Of a stretch of 64,000 bases of DNA, positions 45,472 to 56,774 are shown in pieces. The translations under genes were made by a program, and so were the position numbers. The stretch comes from Scyliorhinus canicula. Lineage: Eukaryota. The stretch spans positions 124,001 through 188,000 of the forward strand of contig NW_024056011.1 of assembly GCF_902713615.1 (NCBI RefSeq), written 5' to 3'. The notes beneath the pieces are model-generated. The model was not told the DNA's origin and ran no database searches. It was given only the letters and a program-made list of their open reading frames with translations. Position 1 is the stretch's first letter. Each line of letters starts with the position of its first letter.

Positions 45472-47178
45472 TCGCGTGCTTCTCATTTTGTGTGACGAAT
45501 GTTTGCACAAAATACCTTTCCTCCTCAATCTCGCACGTTCGAGCAACATGAGATTTGGTCTCTCATGAGATATTAAAATTCCTGCAACAAAGTCAGAAAT
45601 ACGGAATAGTTAAGACGCCAGGGGAAGAAAATCCTTCCCTATTTTGCCACGATTCGGATATTAGCAGTTTGTTCATCCACCACAGAATCTTTTGGGTTTA
45701 CAGATGCAGATGAACATATTTAATCACCATTTCAAACATGTCTAAATGTACGATAAAAGCAACTTACTGCTTATGCGCCAATGGGAAAGAAAAACAGAAA
45801 ACACAGGACAGTCTCATCAGGTCGAACAGCCTCTGTGGAGAGAGATGGCAAGTGTCGTTTCGAGTCTGGGTGACTCTTTGTCGAACTGGACAACTGGATC
45901 TTTGGTCAGGTGTAGACTGGCGGAGTGTGTGGGGGAAGTGGGGGGTGGGTGGGTGGGGTGGGGGGGGGGGGGGAGGGGGTGAGGGAGGGTGCGTGAAGCA
46001 TTGGGCCTCGACAGACGGCCTGCGATGGGTGGAGAATAACAAAAATGTGTTGGGTCGAATGAATAAGGGAATGTAAATGTTTCTAATCAGTGTTAAGAAC
46101 GGTGCTGACAGAGGCGATTAGAAGATTAGAATGTGTTAGTGGCAGATGACAATGAGGAACAAGGGGCGGATTTCCCAAGAGGGATGCGATTGGCTAGGGG
46201 AATGGGGCGGGGGAGACAATGGGAGAGGAAGACATATCAATGGAAGCAATGAAAATAAGTTGATGGAAATAAACATGTGGTGAAGTGGGAAGAGTGATTT
46301 CACGGTGCGAAGTTTTTGAGCCTACTGTAAAATCCGCAAGGCTGTACCGTGCCTATTCGGACGATGGGGGCTGTTCCACGGCGTTGTGCTGAGCTACATG
46401 GGAACATTGCAGCAGGCCAAGGTAGGACATGTGGACATCAGAGCAGGACAGTGAGTTGAAATAGCAAGCGACAGGAGCGTCTGCCACCAGTTTGTCGATG
46501 GAGCGAAGGTGTTTTGCAAAGTGGTCACCCAGTCGGCATTTAGTCTCTCCAATGCAGAGAAGATGGCATTGGGATCAGCAAATGCAACAGGCCAGATTGA
46601 AGGATGTCTTATCGTAATGTGTACTCAAAAGGACAGACACAAACGATACTGTAACTGACTTAGAGGAAATGCCAGAGACTTAACTGAACCAGGTTGGGAA
46701 AGAAAAAACGGTTTTCCTGATGGAGAAACAGGAAAAGCCAGTGTGGGAATCCAGTCTCAATGTTGATTTCGAATTACCCCTCCTTTCTTATACATGAACG
46801 GTATTTAGGCTGCGGCATTTTACACACCAAAACACAAAGAGGTCAAATATAAGAAACATATAATTGTTAATTCTTAAACTCAACTCAAGCATTGAATAAC
46901 GAAACAAATATTGTGTAAATTCGGTTGCTTTTTTCTATAGGATTTCAGATTGCTGCAATAATAATAGAAGAGAGCATTTCGCCGTTAGAGATTTGCTGAA
47001 CAAATTCTTCAGTTCAATATAGGTTCTTCTACTGGCTTGTAAATTTAGACATCTGTTTTAAAGAAATTGACGTGTTCTTGTGAGAAGTGACATGGCCTCT
47101 CAGGCGAACCATGCGAAGCGACAACAAGGCAGTTGAGTTGAAAGTTACACAGGTCCGTTGGAGTCTGTGCTGCCAGCT

Positions 47179-47251
47179 GTATCTGTAGTGTGGTGGTTAT
47201 CACATTCGCTTTACACGCGAATGGTCGCCGGTTCGAAACCGGGCAGAAACA
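47179..47251 (+). tRNA. tRNA-Val(TAC)
   Basis: 73 nt; TT-TAC-AC; a few mismatches. Confidence 0.78.
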
Positions 47252-47336
47252 TATGGTGTTTCCAGTTTAGTCTGTCGCTAAATATTACCTCAATCTCGTA
47301 ACTGGTCTTCATCATCGAGAAATACCAAAAGTCTGT

Positions 47337-47392
47337 GGGCCAGTGGCGCAATGGGTAACGCGTCTGACTACGTTCCACTCCTGGCTGGCTCG
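47337..47392 (+). pseudogene. tRNA-Arg(ACG) with internal deletion
   Basis: 56 nt; 3' anticodon stem and most of the T arm missing. Confidence 0.82.
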
Positions 47393-47575
47393 CAGTTCAA
47401 AGTTTTGGCGTCCCCTTTAGTTCAGTGGGTTGGACAGCTGGTTCCCGATGTAGAGCAAATTGAGCAGGGCATCATCAATTCTCGTTTCAGCTGCGGTTAC
47501 TTATGAAATGCGAAGCTGCAACAAAGCAGTTAAGTTGAAGGTGACACAGGTCCTTTGGCGTTTGCGTTGCCAGCT

Positions 47576-47648
47576 GTTTCTGTAGTGTAGTGGTTATCAC
47601 ATTCGCTTTACACGCGAATGGTCCCCGGTTCGAAATCGGGCAGAAACA
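47576..47648 (+). tRNA. tRNA-Val(TAC), well preserved
   Basis: GTTTCTGTAGTGTAGTGGTTATCACATTCGCTTTACACGCGAATGGTCCCCGGTTCGAAATCGGGCAGAAACA. Confidence 0.88.
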
Positions 47649-47745
47649 TTCCAGAGAACTTCCAGTTTAGTCTGTCTCTAAATATTACTTCGATCTCGTA
47701 ACTGGTCTTCATCATCGAGGAATAGCAACAGATTGCAACTGCTGT

Positions 47746-47818
47746 GGGCCAGTGGCGCAATGGATAACGCGTCTGATTACGAATCAGGAGATTCCAGGTT
47801 CGACTCCTGGCTGGCTCG
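47746..47818 (+). tRNA. tRNA-Arg(ACG), best-preserved copy
   Basis: GGGCCAGTGGCGCAATGGATAACGCGTCTGATTACGAATCAGGAGATTCCAGGTTCGACTCCTGGCTGGCTCG, then TTTT. Confidence 0.9.
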
Positions 47819-48148
47819 CAGTTCCTACTTTTGGCGTCCCCTTTAGTTCAGTGGGTTGGACAGCTGGTTCCCGATGCAGAGCAAAGTGAGCAGTGCATCA
47901 TCAATTCTCGTTTCAGCTGTGGTTACTGATGAAAGCCCTGCCCTCACAATTTAACTTCAAGCAAAACATAACTGATCTCCAGTTCAGCAAAGTTCAATAT
48001 CTGATCCTTTGATAAGTTGAGACATCAGTTTTAAAGAAACGGCTTCTTGCAATAAGTTATATGGCATCTCAGCGGAACCGTTAGAAGCTGCAACAATACA
48101 CTGAGGTTCAACAATTGCACAGGGCCACTGATTGTGATGCTCCCAGCA

Positions 48149-48175
48149 GTTTCTGTAGTGTAGTGGGCAGAAAAA
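48149..48175 (+). pseudogene. tRNA-Val remnant with central deletion
   Basis: GTTTCTGTAGTGTAGTGG joined directly to GCAGAAA at the syntenic unit position. Confidence 0.75.
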
Positions 48176-48644
48176 TCCCGCGCGGCTCATTTTGTGTGAC
48201 GAATGTTTGCACAAAATACCGTTCTTCCTCATTCTCGCACGTTCGAGGAACATGAGATTTGGTCTCTCATCAGATATTAAAATTCCTGCAACAAAGTCAG
48301 AAATACGGAATATTCAAGACGCCAGTGGAAAAAAAGCCTTCCCTATTTTGCCACGACTCGGATATTAGCAGTTTGTTCATCCACCACAGAATCTTTTGGG
48401 TTTGCAAATGCAGATGAACATATTTAATCACCATTTCAAACGTGTCTAAATGTACGAAAAAAGCAACTTACTGCGGATGCGTCAATGGGAAAGAAAAACA
48501 GAAAACACAGGACAGTCTTAGCAGGTCTGACAGCCTCTGTGGAGAGAGATGGCAAGTGTCGTTTCGAGTCTGGGTGACTCTTTGTCGATGCTGGACAACT
48601 GGATCTTTGGTCAGGTGTAGACTGGCGGTGTGTGTGGGGGACGT

Positions 48645-48681
<37 letters not shown>

Positions 48682-49569
48682 GCGTGAAGCATTGGGCCTC
48701 GACAGACGGCCAGCGATGGGTGGAGGATATCAAAAATGTGTTGGGCCGAAAGAAAAAGGAAATGTAAATGTTTCTAATCAGTGTTAAGAACTGTGCTGAC
48801 AGAGGCGATTAGAAGATTAGAATGTGTTAATGGCAGAGGACAGTGAGGAACAAGGGACGGATTTCCCAAGTGGGATGCGATTGGCTAGGGGAATGGGGAG
48901 GGGGAGACAATGGGAGAGGAAGACATATCATTAGAAGCAATGAAAATACGTTGATTGAAATAAACATGTGGTGAAGTGGGAAGAGTGATTTCAAGGTGCG
49001 AAGTTGTTGAGCGTACTGTAAAATCCGCAGGGCTGTACCGTGCCTTTTCGGAGGATGGGGGCTGTTCCTCGGCGTTGTGCTGAGCTACATGGGAACATTG
49101 CAGCAGGCCAAGATCGGGCATGTGGACAAGAGCAGGACAGTGAGTTCAAATAGCAAGTGACAGGAGAGTCTGCCACCAGCTTGTCGATGGAGTGAACGTG
49201 TTTTGCAAAGTGTTCACCCAGTCGGCATTTAGTCTCTCCAATGCAGAGTAGAAGGCATTGGGATCAGCAAATGCAACAGGCCAGATTGAAGGATGTCTTA
49301 TAGTCATGTGTACTCAAAAGGACAGACACAAACTGACTTAGAGGAAATCCCAGCTTTGGGAAAGAAAAAATCTCTTTCTGATGGAGAAACAGGAAAAGCC
49401 ACTGTGGGAATCCAGGCTCAAAGTTGATTTGTTATCACCCCTCCATCCTTATACTTGAAAGGTATTTAGGCTGCAGCATGTGACACACCGAAGAACAAAG
49501 AGGTCTAATATAAGAAACACATAATTGTCAATTCTTAAACTCAATTTAGCAAAAGTTATGCACTGCTGT

Positions 49570-49642
49570 GGGCCAGTGGCGCAATGGATAACGCGTCTGA
49601 CTACGAATCAAGAGATTCCAGGCCTGACTACCGGCTGGCTCT
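49570..49642 (+). pseudogene. tRNA-Arg(ACG), T arm degraded
   Basis: 5' half canonical; B-box reads GGCCTGACTACC. Confidence 0.8.
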
Positions 49643-49980
49643 GAGTTTAGAATATTGGCGTGCGTTTCCACTCAGTGGGTTGGACAGCTGATTCTTAATG
49701 CAGACGAAAGTGAGCAGGGTATCATCAATTCTCGTATCGGCTGCGGTTATTTATGAAAGCCCTGCCCTCTCAATTTAACTTCCACTTCAAGCAAAATATA
49801 ACTTATCTTCAGGTTAGTAAAGTTCGATATCTGATGGTTTTATAAGTTGAGAAATCGGTTTGATAGAAACGGCTGTCTTCTTGTAATAAATGACATGGCC
49901 TCTAGCCGAACCATAAGAAGCTGAAGCAACACAGTGAGGTTGAACATTGCACAAGTCCATTGATCGGTGCACTGCCAGTG

Positions 49981-50055
49981 GTTTCTGTAGTGTACTGGTT
50001 AGCACATTCCCCTAACACGCGCGAAAGGTCCCCGCGTCAATAGCGGGTAGAAACA
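49981..50055 (+). pseudogene. tRNA-Val(AAC), degraded
   Basis: CT-AAC-AC with a 2-nt insertion and broken T arm. Confidence 0.75.
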
Positions 50056-50463
50056 TCAAGTGCTTCTCATGTTGTGTGAGGAATTTTTGAACAATGTACT
50101 TGTTCCTCGATCTCGTATGTCCGAGGATTATGAGGTTTAGTCTCTCCTGAGCCACTGAAATAATTTGAACATTAAGTCACAAGTATTGAATTTTCGACAG
50201 GCAATGAGAAGAAAAGGATCTTCCTATTTTGGATTTTCTGAGCGAGTTCATCCACAAGAGAATTTTATGCATTTACAAATGCAGATGAACATATTTATTC
50301 ACCATCTCAAACATGTCTAAATGAACGACAAATGCAACATACTGGGGATGCTTAAATCTGAAACAAAAACAAAAATTTCTGGACATTCTCAGCAGGTCTG
50401 ACAGCCTCTGGGGAGCGAGATGGCAGCTGCCGTTCCGAGTCTGGGTGACGCTTTGTCAAACTT

Positions 50464-50798
50464 GGGCAACACGGTGGTTAGCATAAATGCTTCACAGCTC
50501 CAGGGTCCCAGGTTCGATTCCCGGCTGGGTCACTGTCTGTGCGGAGTCTACATGTCCTCCCCGTGTGTGCGTGGGTTTCTTCCGGCTGCTCCGGTTTCCT
50601 CCCACAGTCCAAAGATGTGCGGGTTAGGTGGATTGGCCATGCTAAATTGCCCTTAGTGTCCTAAAAAGTAAAGGTTGGGGGGGGTTGTTGGGTTACGGGT
50701 ATAGGGTGGATACGTGGGTTTGAGTAGGGCGATCATTGTTCGGCACAACATTGAGGGCCGAAGGGCCTGTTCTGTGCTGTACTGTTCTATGATTCTAT
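50464..50798 (+). mobile_element. tRNA-derived SINE inserted in an array unit
   Basis: Nearly full body with TTCTATG tail; absent at the paralogous position ~36770. Confidence 0.88.
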
Positions 50799-51399
50799 GT
50801 AAGTTGGAGAACATAAATAGAGTCAGATTCAGACTATTGTGGGTGTGGGTGGGCCTCGACAGAGTGGTCAGCAACAGATGGAAAATGTCTCGGAAAGAAA
50901 AAGGAAATGTAAATGAGGCTAATCAAGGCTATGAAAGGTGCTGATGGCGCATCAAGCGGTCAGAATGTGTTAATGGCAGAACAAAGATGAGCAGTGTGTC
51001 AGAGAACAATTACAAACAGGGATCTGATTGCTGAAGTAGGATGGTATGGGCTGGGGGGAGGGGGGAAATGCTGAGGGTAAAACATATCAATGGAAGGAAT
51101 GAAAATCAATTGATGGAAATAAATTGGTGGTGGAGGGGGAGGAGAGAGTTCACAGTCTGAAGTTGCTGATCTTAATAAACTGAAACAGACAGAGAGCTGC
51201 CTGAATCCACCAGAATTAATCAATAGAGATAAGTGAATATTGTATCCACTCATAGCCAAGCTTTTCGAAAATGTTTCGATTTTCTCGGGAACGCCTTCAT
51301 TCCCTGCAGCATGAGCTCAGCTTCTCAAAGCAAACCCAAAGTGAATGAATCCCGCCCCAAAGAAATGAGCAAACCTGTCGCTTGGTTTAATGTTTAAAT

Positions 51400-51849
51400 G
51401 TTTAATGTCAAGGGCATTCAGCCTCTGATCTCCGGGTAAGCGTTCTCCAAGGCGGTCTTCAGGACACTCGACAACGCAGAATTGCCGAGCAAAAGCTTAT
51501 AGCTAAGTTCCGCACGCATGAGTGCGGCCTCAACTGGGATCTTGGAATTCATGTCACATTACATCCACCCCCGACCATCAGGCCTGGACTTGCAAAATCC
51601 TACCAACTGTTCTAGCTTGAGACAATTCACACCTCTTTAACCTGGGGTTACCCCCTATCTCTGGATCTGTAATGATTTGATTACCTGCAAATGCTCGCAT
51701 TCCAAGCATTGTCCAGCATCTCTGACTTTGTCTATATAAATGTTTCTGGAACATACCGCTCCATTCACCTGAGGAAGGAGCAGTGCTCCGAAAGCTCGTG
51801 TTTGAAACAAACCTGTTGGACTTTAACCTGGTGTTGTAAGACTTCTTAC
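51400..51849 (+). mobile_element. Penelope-like element 3' end (GIY-YIG C-terminus, 3' UTR, hammerhead core at 51765-51800)
   Basis: QGHSASDLRVSVLQGGLQDTRQRRIAEQKLIAKFRTHECGLN, then CTGAGGAAGGAGCAGTGCTCCGAAAGCTC. Confidence 0.85.
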
Positions 51850-52147
51850 CACCCTCAATGTGTTGCTGCAGCTTCTGATGGTTCGGCTGAGGGGCCATGT
51901 CGCTTATTGCAAGAAGAGCCGTTTCTTCCAAACCAATGTCTCAACTTATAAAACCATCAGATATCGAACTTTAATGATCTTAAGATAAGTTATGTTTTGC
52001 TTGAAGTGGAAGTTAAATTGGGGAGGCGGGGCTTTCATAAATAAGCACAGCTTTGCGAGAATTGATGATGCCCTGCTCACTTTGCTCTGCATCACGAATC
52101 AGCTGTCCAACCCACTGAGCTAAAGCGGAAGCCAAAACGGTAAATGC

Positions 52148-52220
52148 CAAACCAGCCAGGAGTTGAAGCTGGAATCTCCTGATTCGTGATCAGGTCTGTA
52201 ATATATTGCGCCACTGGCGC
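52148..52220 (-). pseudogene. tRNA-Arg(ACG) degraded copy in an inverted unit
   Basis: Minus strand GCGCCAGTGGCGCAAT..ACGAATCAGGAGATTCCAG..CTCCTGGCTGG. Confidence 0.78.
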
Positions 52221-52229
52221 ATCACGCTA

Positions 52230-55200
52230 CTTTCTCATCAATTTGTTTTGTGAAATATTTACATTGTATTTTGAATTTGAAACAGAACTTTGCAGGAAAA
52301 ACAAAATCAATACTGGAGCAACAATAAAAAGAACTATATGCAGTCTGTCACCATTCGACTCAGCGGGAAGTCCTCCCCCCTCTCCCCGGGTCCCCTCAGC
52401 CTCCCTTGTGCCCTCGCTGGTCGGCCTGGGTTGTCTTCCCCCTTCTCCTCTCCTTCCCCCTTTCTTTTCACCCCCTTAGGCTTCGACCGTGTCTCTCCTG
52501 TGTCTGGGGGTTTGTCCCCTTTCCCCACGTTGCCTCTTTTGTGCCTCTCCAGCTCTTCCTCCTCTACACCCCCCCCCCCCACCCCATTTTCCACGGTGTG
52601 CGTCTTCCTACGGTTCCTCCTTGTCTTTTTTCTTTTTCCTCTCTCTTTTGAACAAAAACTTTCCAGTTTCCCAATTACTCGTTGCTGACCTCAAACAGGT
52701 TTTGGAGCAAACCAACAAATGGCCCCCATGCAGTCAGCAAGCCTTCCTCCGATCCTCGCATGGGGTATTTCATCTTCTCCAGGTGGAGAAATTCCGAGAG
52801 GTCAGCGGGCCGGCCTGCAGCTGAGGGTGGAGCTGCTGATCGCCAACCGAGCCGGATTCTCTGGCGGCGATTAGGGAAGTGAAAGCAAGGGCGTCGGCCT
52901 TCTTTCCCATCTGTAGGTCTGGCTGCTCCGACACCCAGAAGATTGCCATCTGTGAGCACGGTTCCACCCTCACCCCTACAACATTACACTTTCCCTCGGA
53001 GAAGGCTTTCCAGATCCCAGCACATTTGGCACAAGCCCAGAACATGTGGATGTGGTTGGCCAGGCCCCTCTGCCACCGCTTACATTTGTCCTCCACCTCC
53101 GGGAAGAACCTGCTCATTCGGGTTCTGGTCAGGTGCACTCCGTGCACCACTTTGAGCTTCATTAGACGGAGCCTTGCGCAGGAGGAGGCGGAGGGAGCCC
53201 TGCTCAGTGCTTCGCTCCAGAGGCCGCAGCCCAACTTTGTCCCCATTTCCTCCCCCCATTTCCGTCCGGTCTCGCCCAGTGGTGTTCGAACTCTGTTCAC
53301 TAGCTGTCCTTATATTTTACCACAGATTCCCTCTTCCTTATTGCCCGTGGTCATCAGGTCCTCTAATAGTGTGGTCTCCAGGGCCCACGGGGACCCTACT
53401 CTCTCCTTGCTGAGAGAATGTTTCATCTGAAAGTGCCTCATTTCCCTGTCCTATCGGCAGTTCCCATTTCTGCGTCAGTTCGTTCAGCGTCGTCTGTTCC
53501 CTATGTAGAAATCACTGATTGTCAGAGTATCCCGGCCCTGTCTCCATTTCTTAAAGATGGTGTCTAGCATGGCCGAGGGAATCTGTGGTTACCGCCGATG
53601 GGGGCCATGGGGACATCTTGGTCAAGCCGAAGTGCTGTCTTAATTGGCGCCATGTTTTCAGTGTAGCCGCTACCACCGGGCTGGATGTATATTTTGTCGG
53701 GATGGTAGTGCTACCGTAGCTCGGGCCCGGAGGACTCCTCCATCCACAGCGACTCCGAATGGGTTTCGGGTATCCATCCCCTCACTCTGTCCGCCGTTAC
53801 AGCCCAGTGCTAGTACCACAGGGTTGGGTGTGGCAGGCTACCCTTGATGTTCCTCCTTTACAGCGTTGGTTTGGGAACTCTCTGGTTCACCACCCCCCCC
53901 CCCCCTCCCCCGCCTCCCACACAGCCACAAACGCCATACTTAAGCGATCCAGATTCTGGAAGAAGGCCTTGGGGATGAAGATCAGAATGGATCTGAACAG
54001 GAAGAGGAACCTCCGCAGCAAGTTCATTTTGATCGCCTGCACACTCCCCGCCAGGGAGAGAGGGGTGCGTCCCACCTCTGTAGGTCTTGTTCAGCTTCCT
54101 CCACCAGGCTGGTCAGGTTCCACTTGTGGATCTGTGTCCAGTTTCTGGCTATTTGGATCCCAGGTATCGGAATCAATTTTGGGCTATTTTAAACGGGAGC
54201 CCCTCCAGCCTGTCTCTTCCCCCATTTGTGTTCACTGGGAATGCCTCACTGTTGCCCAGGTTGTGTTTATAACCAGAGAAGGTTATGTACTCTTTCAGTA
54301 TCTGCATTATTGCCTATAGTGCTTCCTAAGGCTTTGAGACACAGAGGAGCAGGTCATATAGATTAAGATGCTGTGCTCCCTGTCTCCTCTCTGGATGCCC
54401 TTCCAGCTTTTTGGTCCCGCAGGGCAATCGCCAAGGGTTCGATTGCTCGTGCAAACAGGAGCGGGGACAATGGGTATCCCTGCCTTGTGCCTCTTTGCAG
54501 CTTGGAGTATTCAGAGCTGGTGGTATTGGTTCAAACGCTCGCCTTGGTAGCGTTGTACAGGAGTCTAACCCAGGCGGCGAATCCTGCACCTAGCCCAACC
54601 GTTCCAGTACCTCGAGGAGATAATTACATTCGACTCTGTCGAAGGCCTTTTCTGCATCCAGGGAGACGATCACCTCTGGTGTTCTCTCATCAGGGATGGG
54701 GCGGTCATTATTACATTCAATAGACGGCTGATGTTCGCAGTGAGTTGCCTATCTTTGACAAAGCCCGTTGGGGCCTCTGTGACCACCTGTGGTACACAAC
54801 TCTCCAGCCTTTTGGCCAGGTCCTTTGTGAGTATTTTTGCGTCCGCATTTAACAGTGAATTGGGTCTATATGAACCACAATCAGTCGGGTCTTTGTCTTT
54901 TTTGGGGATCAATGAACTTGTGACTTGCGCTAGTTGTATTAGGCAGAGTGCCCCTTGCCAGTGAGTCCGCAAACATGTCTCTTAGCTGTCGGGCCAGGAC
55001 AGGTGCGAAGTTTTTATAGACGTCTGCCTGGAACCCATCAGGTCCCAGCACCTTCCCCGCCAGCTGATGCGCTCCATGATTTCTCCCAGATCTATTGGTG
55101 TTTCCAGCTCCCCCGTCTGTTCTCCCCAACTGGCATTTCCAGTCCGTCGAGAACTGGTTCATTCCCGCGCCCCCGTCAGGGGAGATCGAGGGTGCACAGT

Positions 55201-55420
55201 CCGCGGTAGAAGATACTCGCTTGACCACTTTTTGTTCTGCTACCAGTCTGCCTCTGCTATCCTTTACCTACTTCCCTCGTGGCTGCCTGCTTCCTCGGCT
55301 GGTGAGCCAGTATGCGGCAAGCCTTATCCCCCTGTTCACAGAACGTCCCCCGTGTCTGGCGGAGTTGGTACACTGCTTTCCTAGTGGAGACCAGGTTAAA
55401 ATTTGTAGCTTTTTCCTCTT
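52230..55420 (-). mobile_element. 5'-truncated L1-clade LINE
   Basis: Minus-strand GKVLGPDGF, LIPKKDKDPTDCGSYRP.SLLNADAKIL, C-terminal HMFWAC, and a purine-rich 3' UTR. Confidence 0.88.
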
Positions 55421-56011
55421 TGCCCAACTCCACCAAAATGACCAGCAGTCTTTCTGGGATCAGAACAGAGTTCCCTCCACGGGATTTTCAAAACCATTTA
55501 AAACAACTGACCGTGCCTTCGTCTGCTGCTGGACTGGATTTCCCTGCAGTTCAATCTGGCTGTGCAAAGAGAAAGGTTTTTACTTTGAAGCGTCAGGCAG
55601 AATCCATCAGGTGAGAGGTCACAGGTGTGACCCCCGAACTTCTGATCAAAACAAAACTGAACTCAAGATAAAGCCTCTTTGTCCTGCAGAACACTCCAGA
55701 ACGCTCAGCGCCAATAAACATCGAGTACCAGCAAAGTATCAATGTACAACAGCTTATTGGCCATCAGCCAAGTCAATCATAGGAGTCACCACTGTGCCAG
55801 ACCAAACAACACATCCTGCAGGATTTTCCTGTTTCTAAATTAAAGATAAAGTCTATCTTAAAGACATAGGTCCCATTAACAGTCCAGGTACAAAAATTGA
55901 ACGAGCAGAATAAATTAAATTAAAAAGAAGAATCAAGGGACAGACAGGAATTAACAGGAAGATCCTTAACATTGGAGAGGACCAGTTGATTTGAGTCCTC
56001 AACTAAAGGTT

Positions 56012-56032
56012 ATTGGCCCACAGCTGACGTCA
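56012..56032 (+). promoter_or_regulatory. ATTGG + perfect CRE (TGACGTCA at 56025-56032) upstream of a V leader
   Basis: About 200 bp 5' of the ATG at 56235. Confidence 0.5.
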
Positions 56033-56095
56033 TGCCTGGGCGACTAGCCGATCACTGCACAGAAGAACATCCCTCGCTTTCCCAATGAGTGAAAA

Positions 56096-56168
56096 CTGCC
56101 TCTGATCTGTGTTTACTCTTTGCCTCTGATCTGAGTTTTCTCTTTGCCTCTGATCTGAGTTTACTCTG
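56096..56168. repeat. Three copies of a ~24-bp tandem repeat
   Basis: (CTCTTTGCCTCTGATCTGAGTTTN)x3. Confidence 0.85.
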
Positions 56169-56234
56169 TGATATGAGAATAGAAGCAGCAACATATTTCA
56201 AACAGTGTCACTGTTTACTGTCCAATCAGGAACC

Positions 56235-56562
56235 ATGTGCTCCCTGTGTGCTTTACTGATAATCATGGTCTTGCTGCCCGGTGAGTCTGAGCTCAAATCC
56301 TCAGTGTGTGTTTCATGGGTTATATTTACTCACAGATTTCGCACACATTATATATCTTGTTACAGGAACCAGTGGCCAAAAATCAGTTTCCCAGGAGCTG
56401 CGGGAATTACTGGTTCAGGAAGGACAGCTAACAACATTGAATTTTAATACACACCAAACTACACTGTGTCAACTCTCTTCTGGTACATCCAGTATCGCGC
56501 GGAGTCTCAGCGATATTTATTGAGGTGGCACAACAGGTGGCAGGGTCATAGGTCTCCAGATT
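56235..56562 (+). pseudogene. 3'-truncated TCR V pseudogene (leader 56235-56280, V exon from 56366)
   Basis: Intact 46-nt leader MCSLCALLIIMVLLP. C23 changed to F, 1-bp deletion, LFWYIQY..RSPD, then an abrupt switch to unrelated sequence. Confidence 0.88.
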
Positions 56563-56774
56563 GAGTGTCACCTGTGCACTATTAGGGATGGACCAATCGG
56601 GATTGCGGCCTGATGTCACTCAGCATTTTCCCAAAGCTCGACTGAAACAATTCATTTCCAACTCACCGTGTTCAAATCCACAATCAGCTCTGCAGTAATG
56701 TTGGACGTTGCTGCTTTCTCATTCGGGAATGCTCATTGATGCGGTTTCGGAAAGCGGCAGGAAAGGTCTAGTCG

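Noticed and set aside
52186-55838. Many overlapping 80-250 aa ORFs
   Set aside because: They are antisense or alternative frames of the L1 relic.
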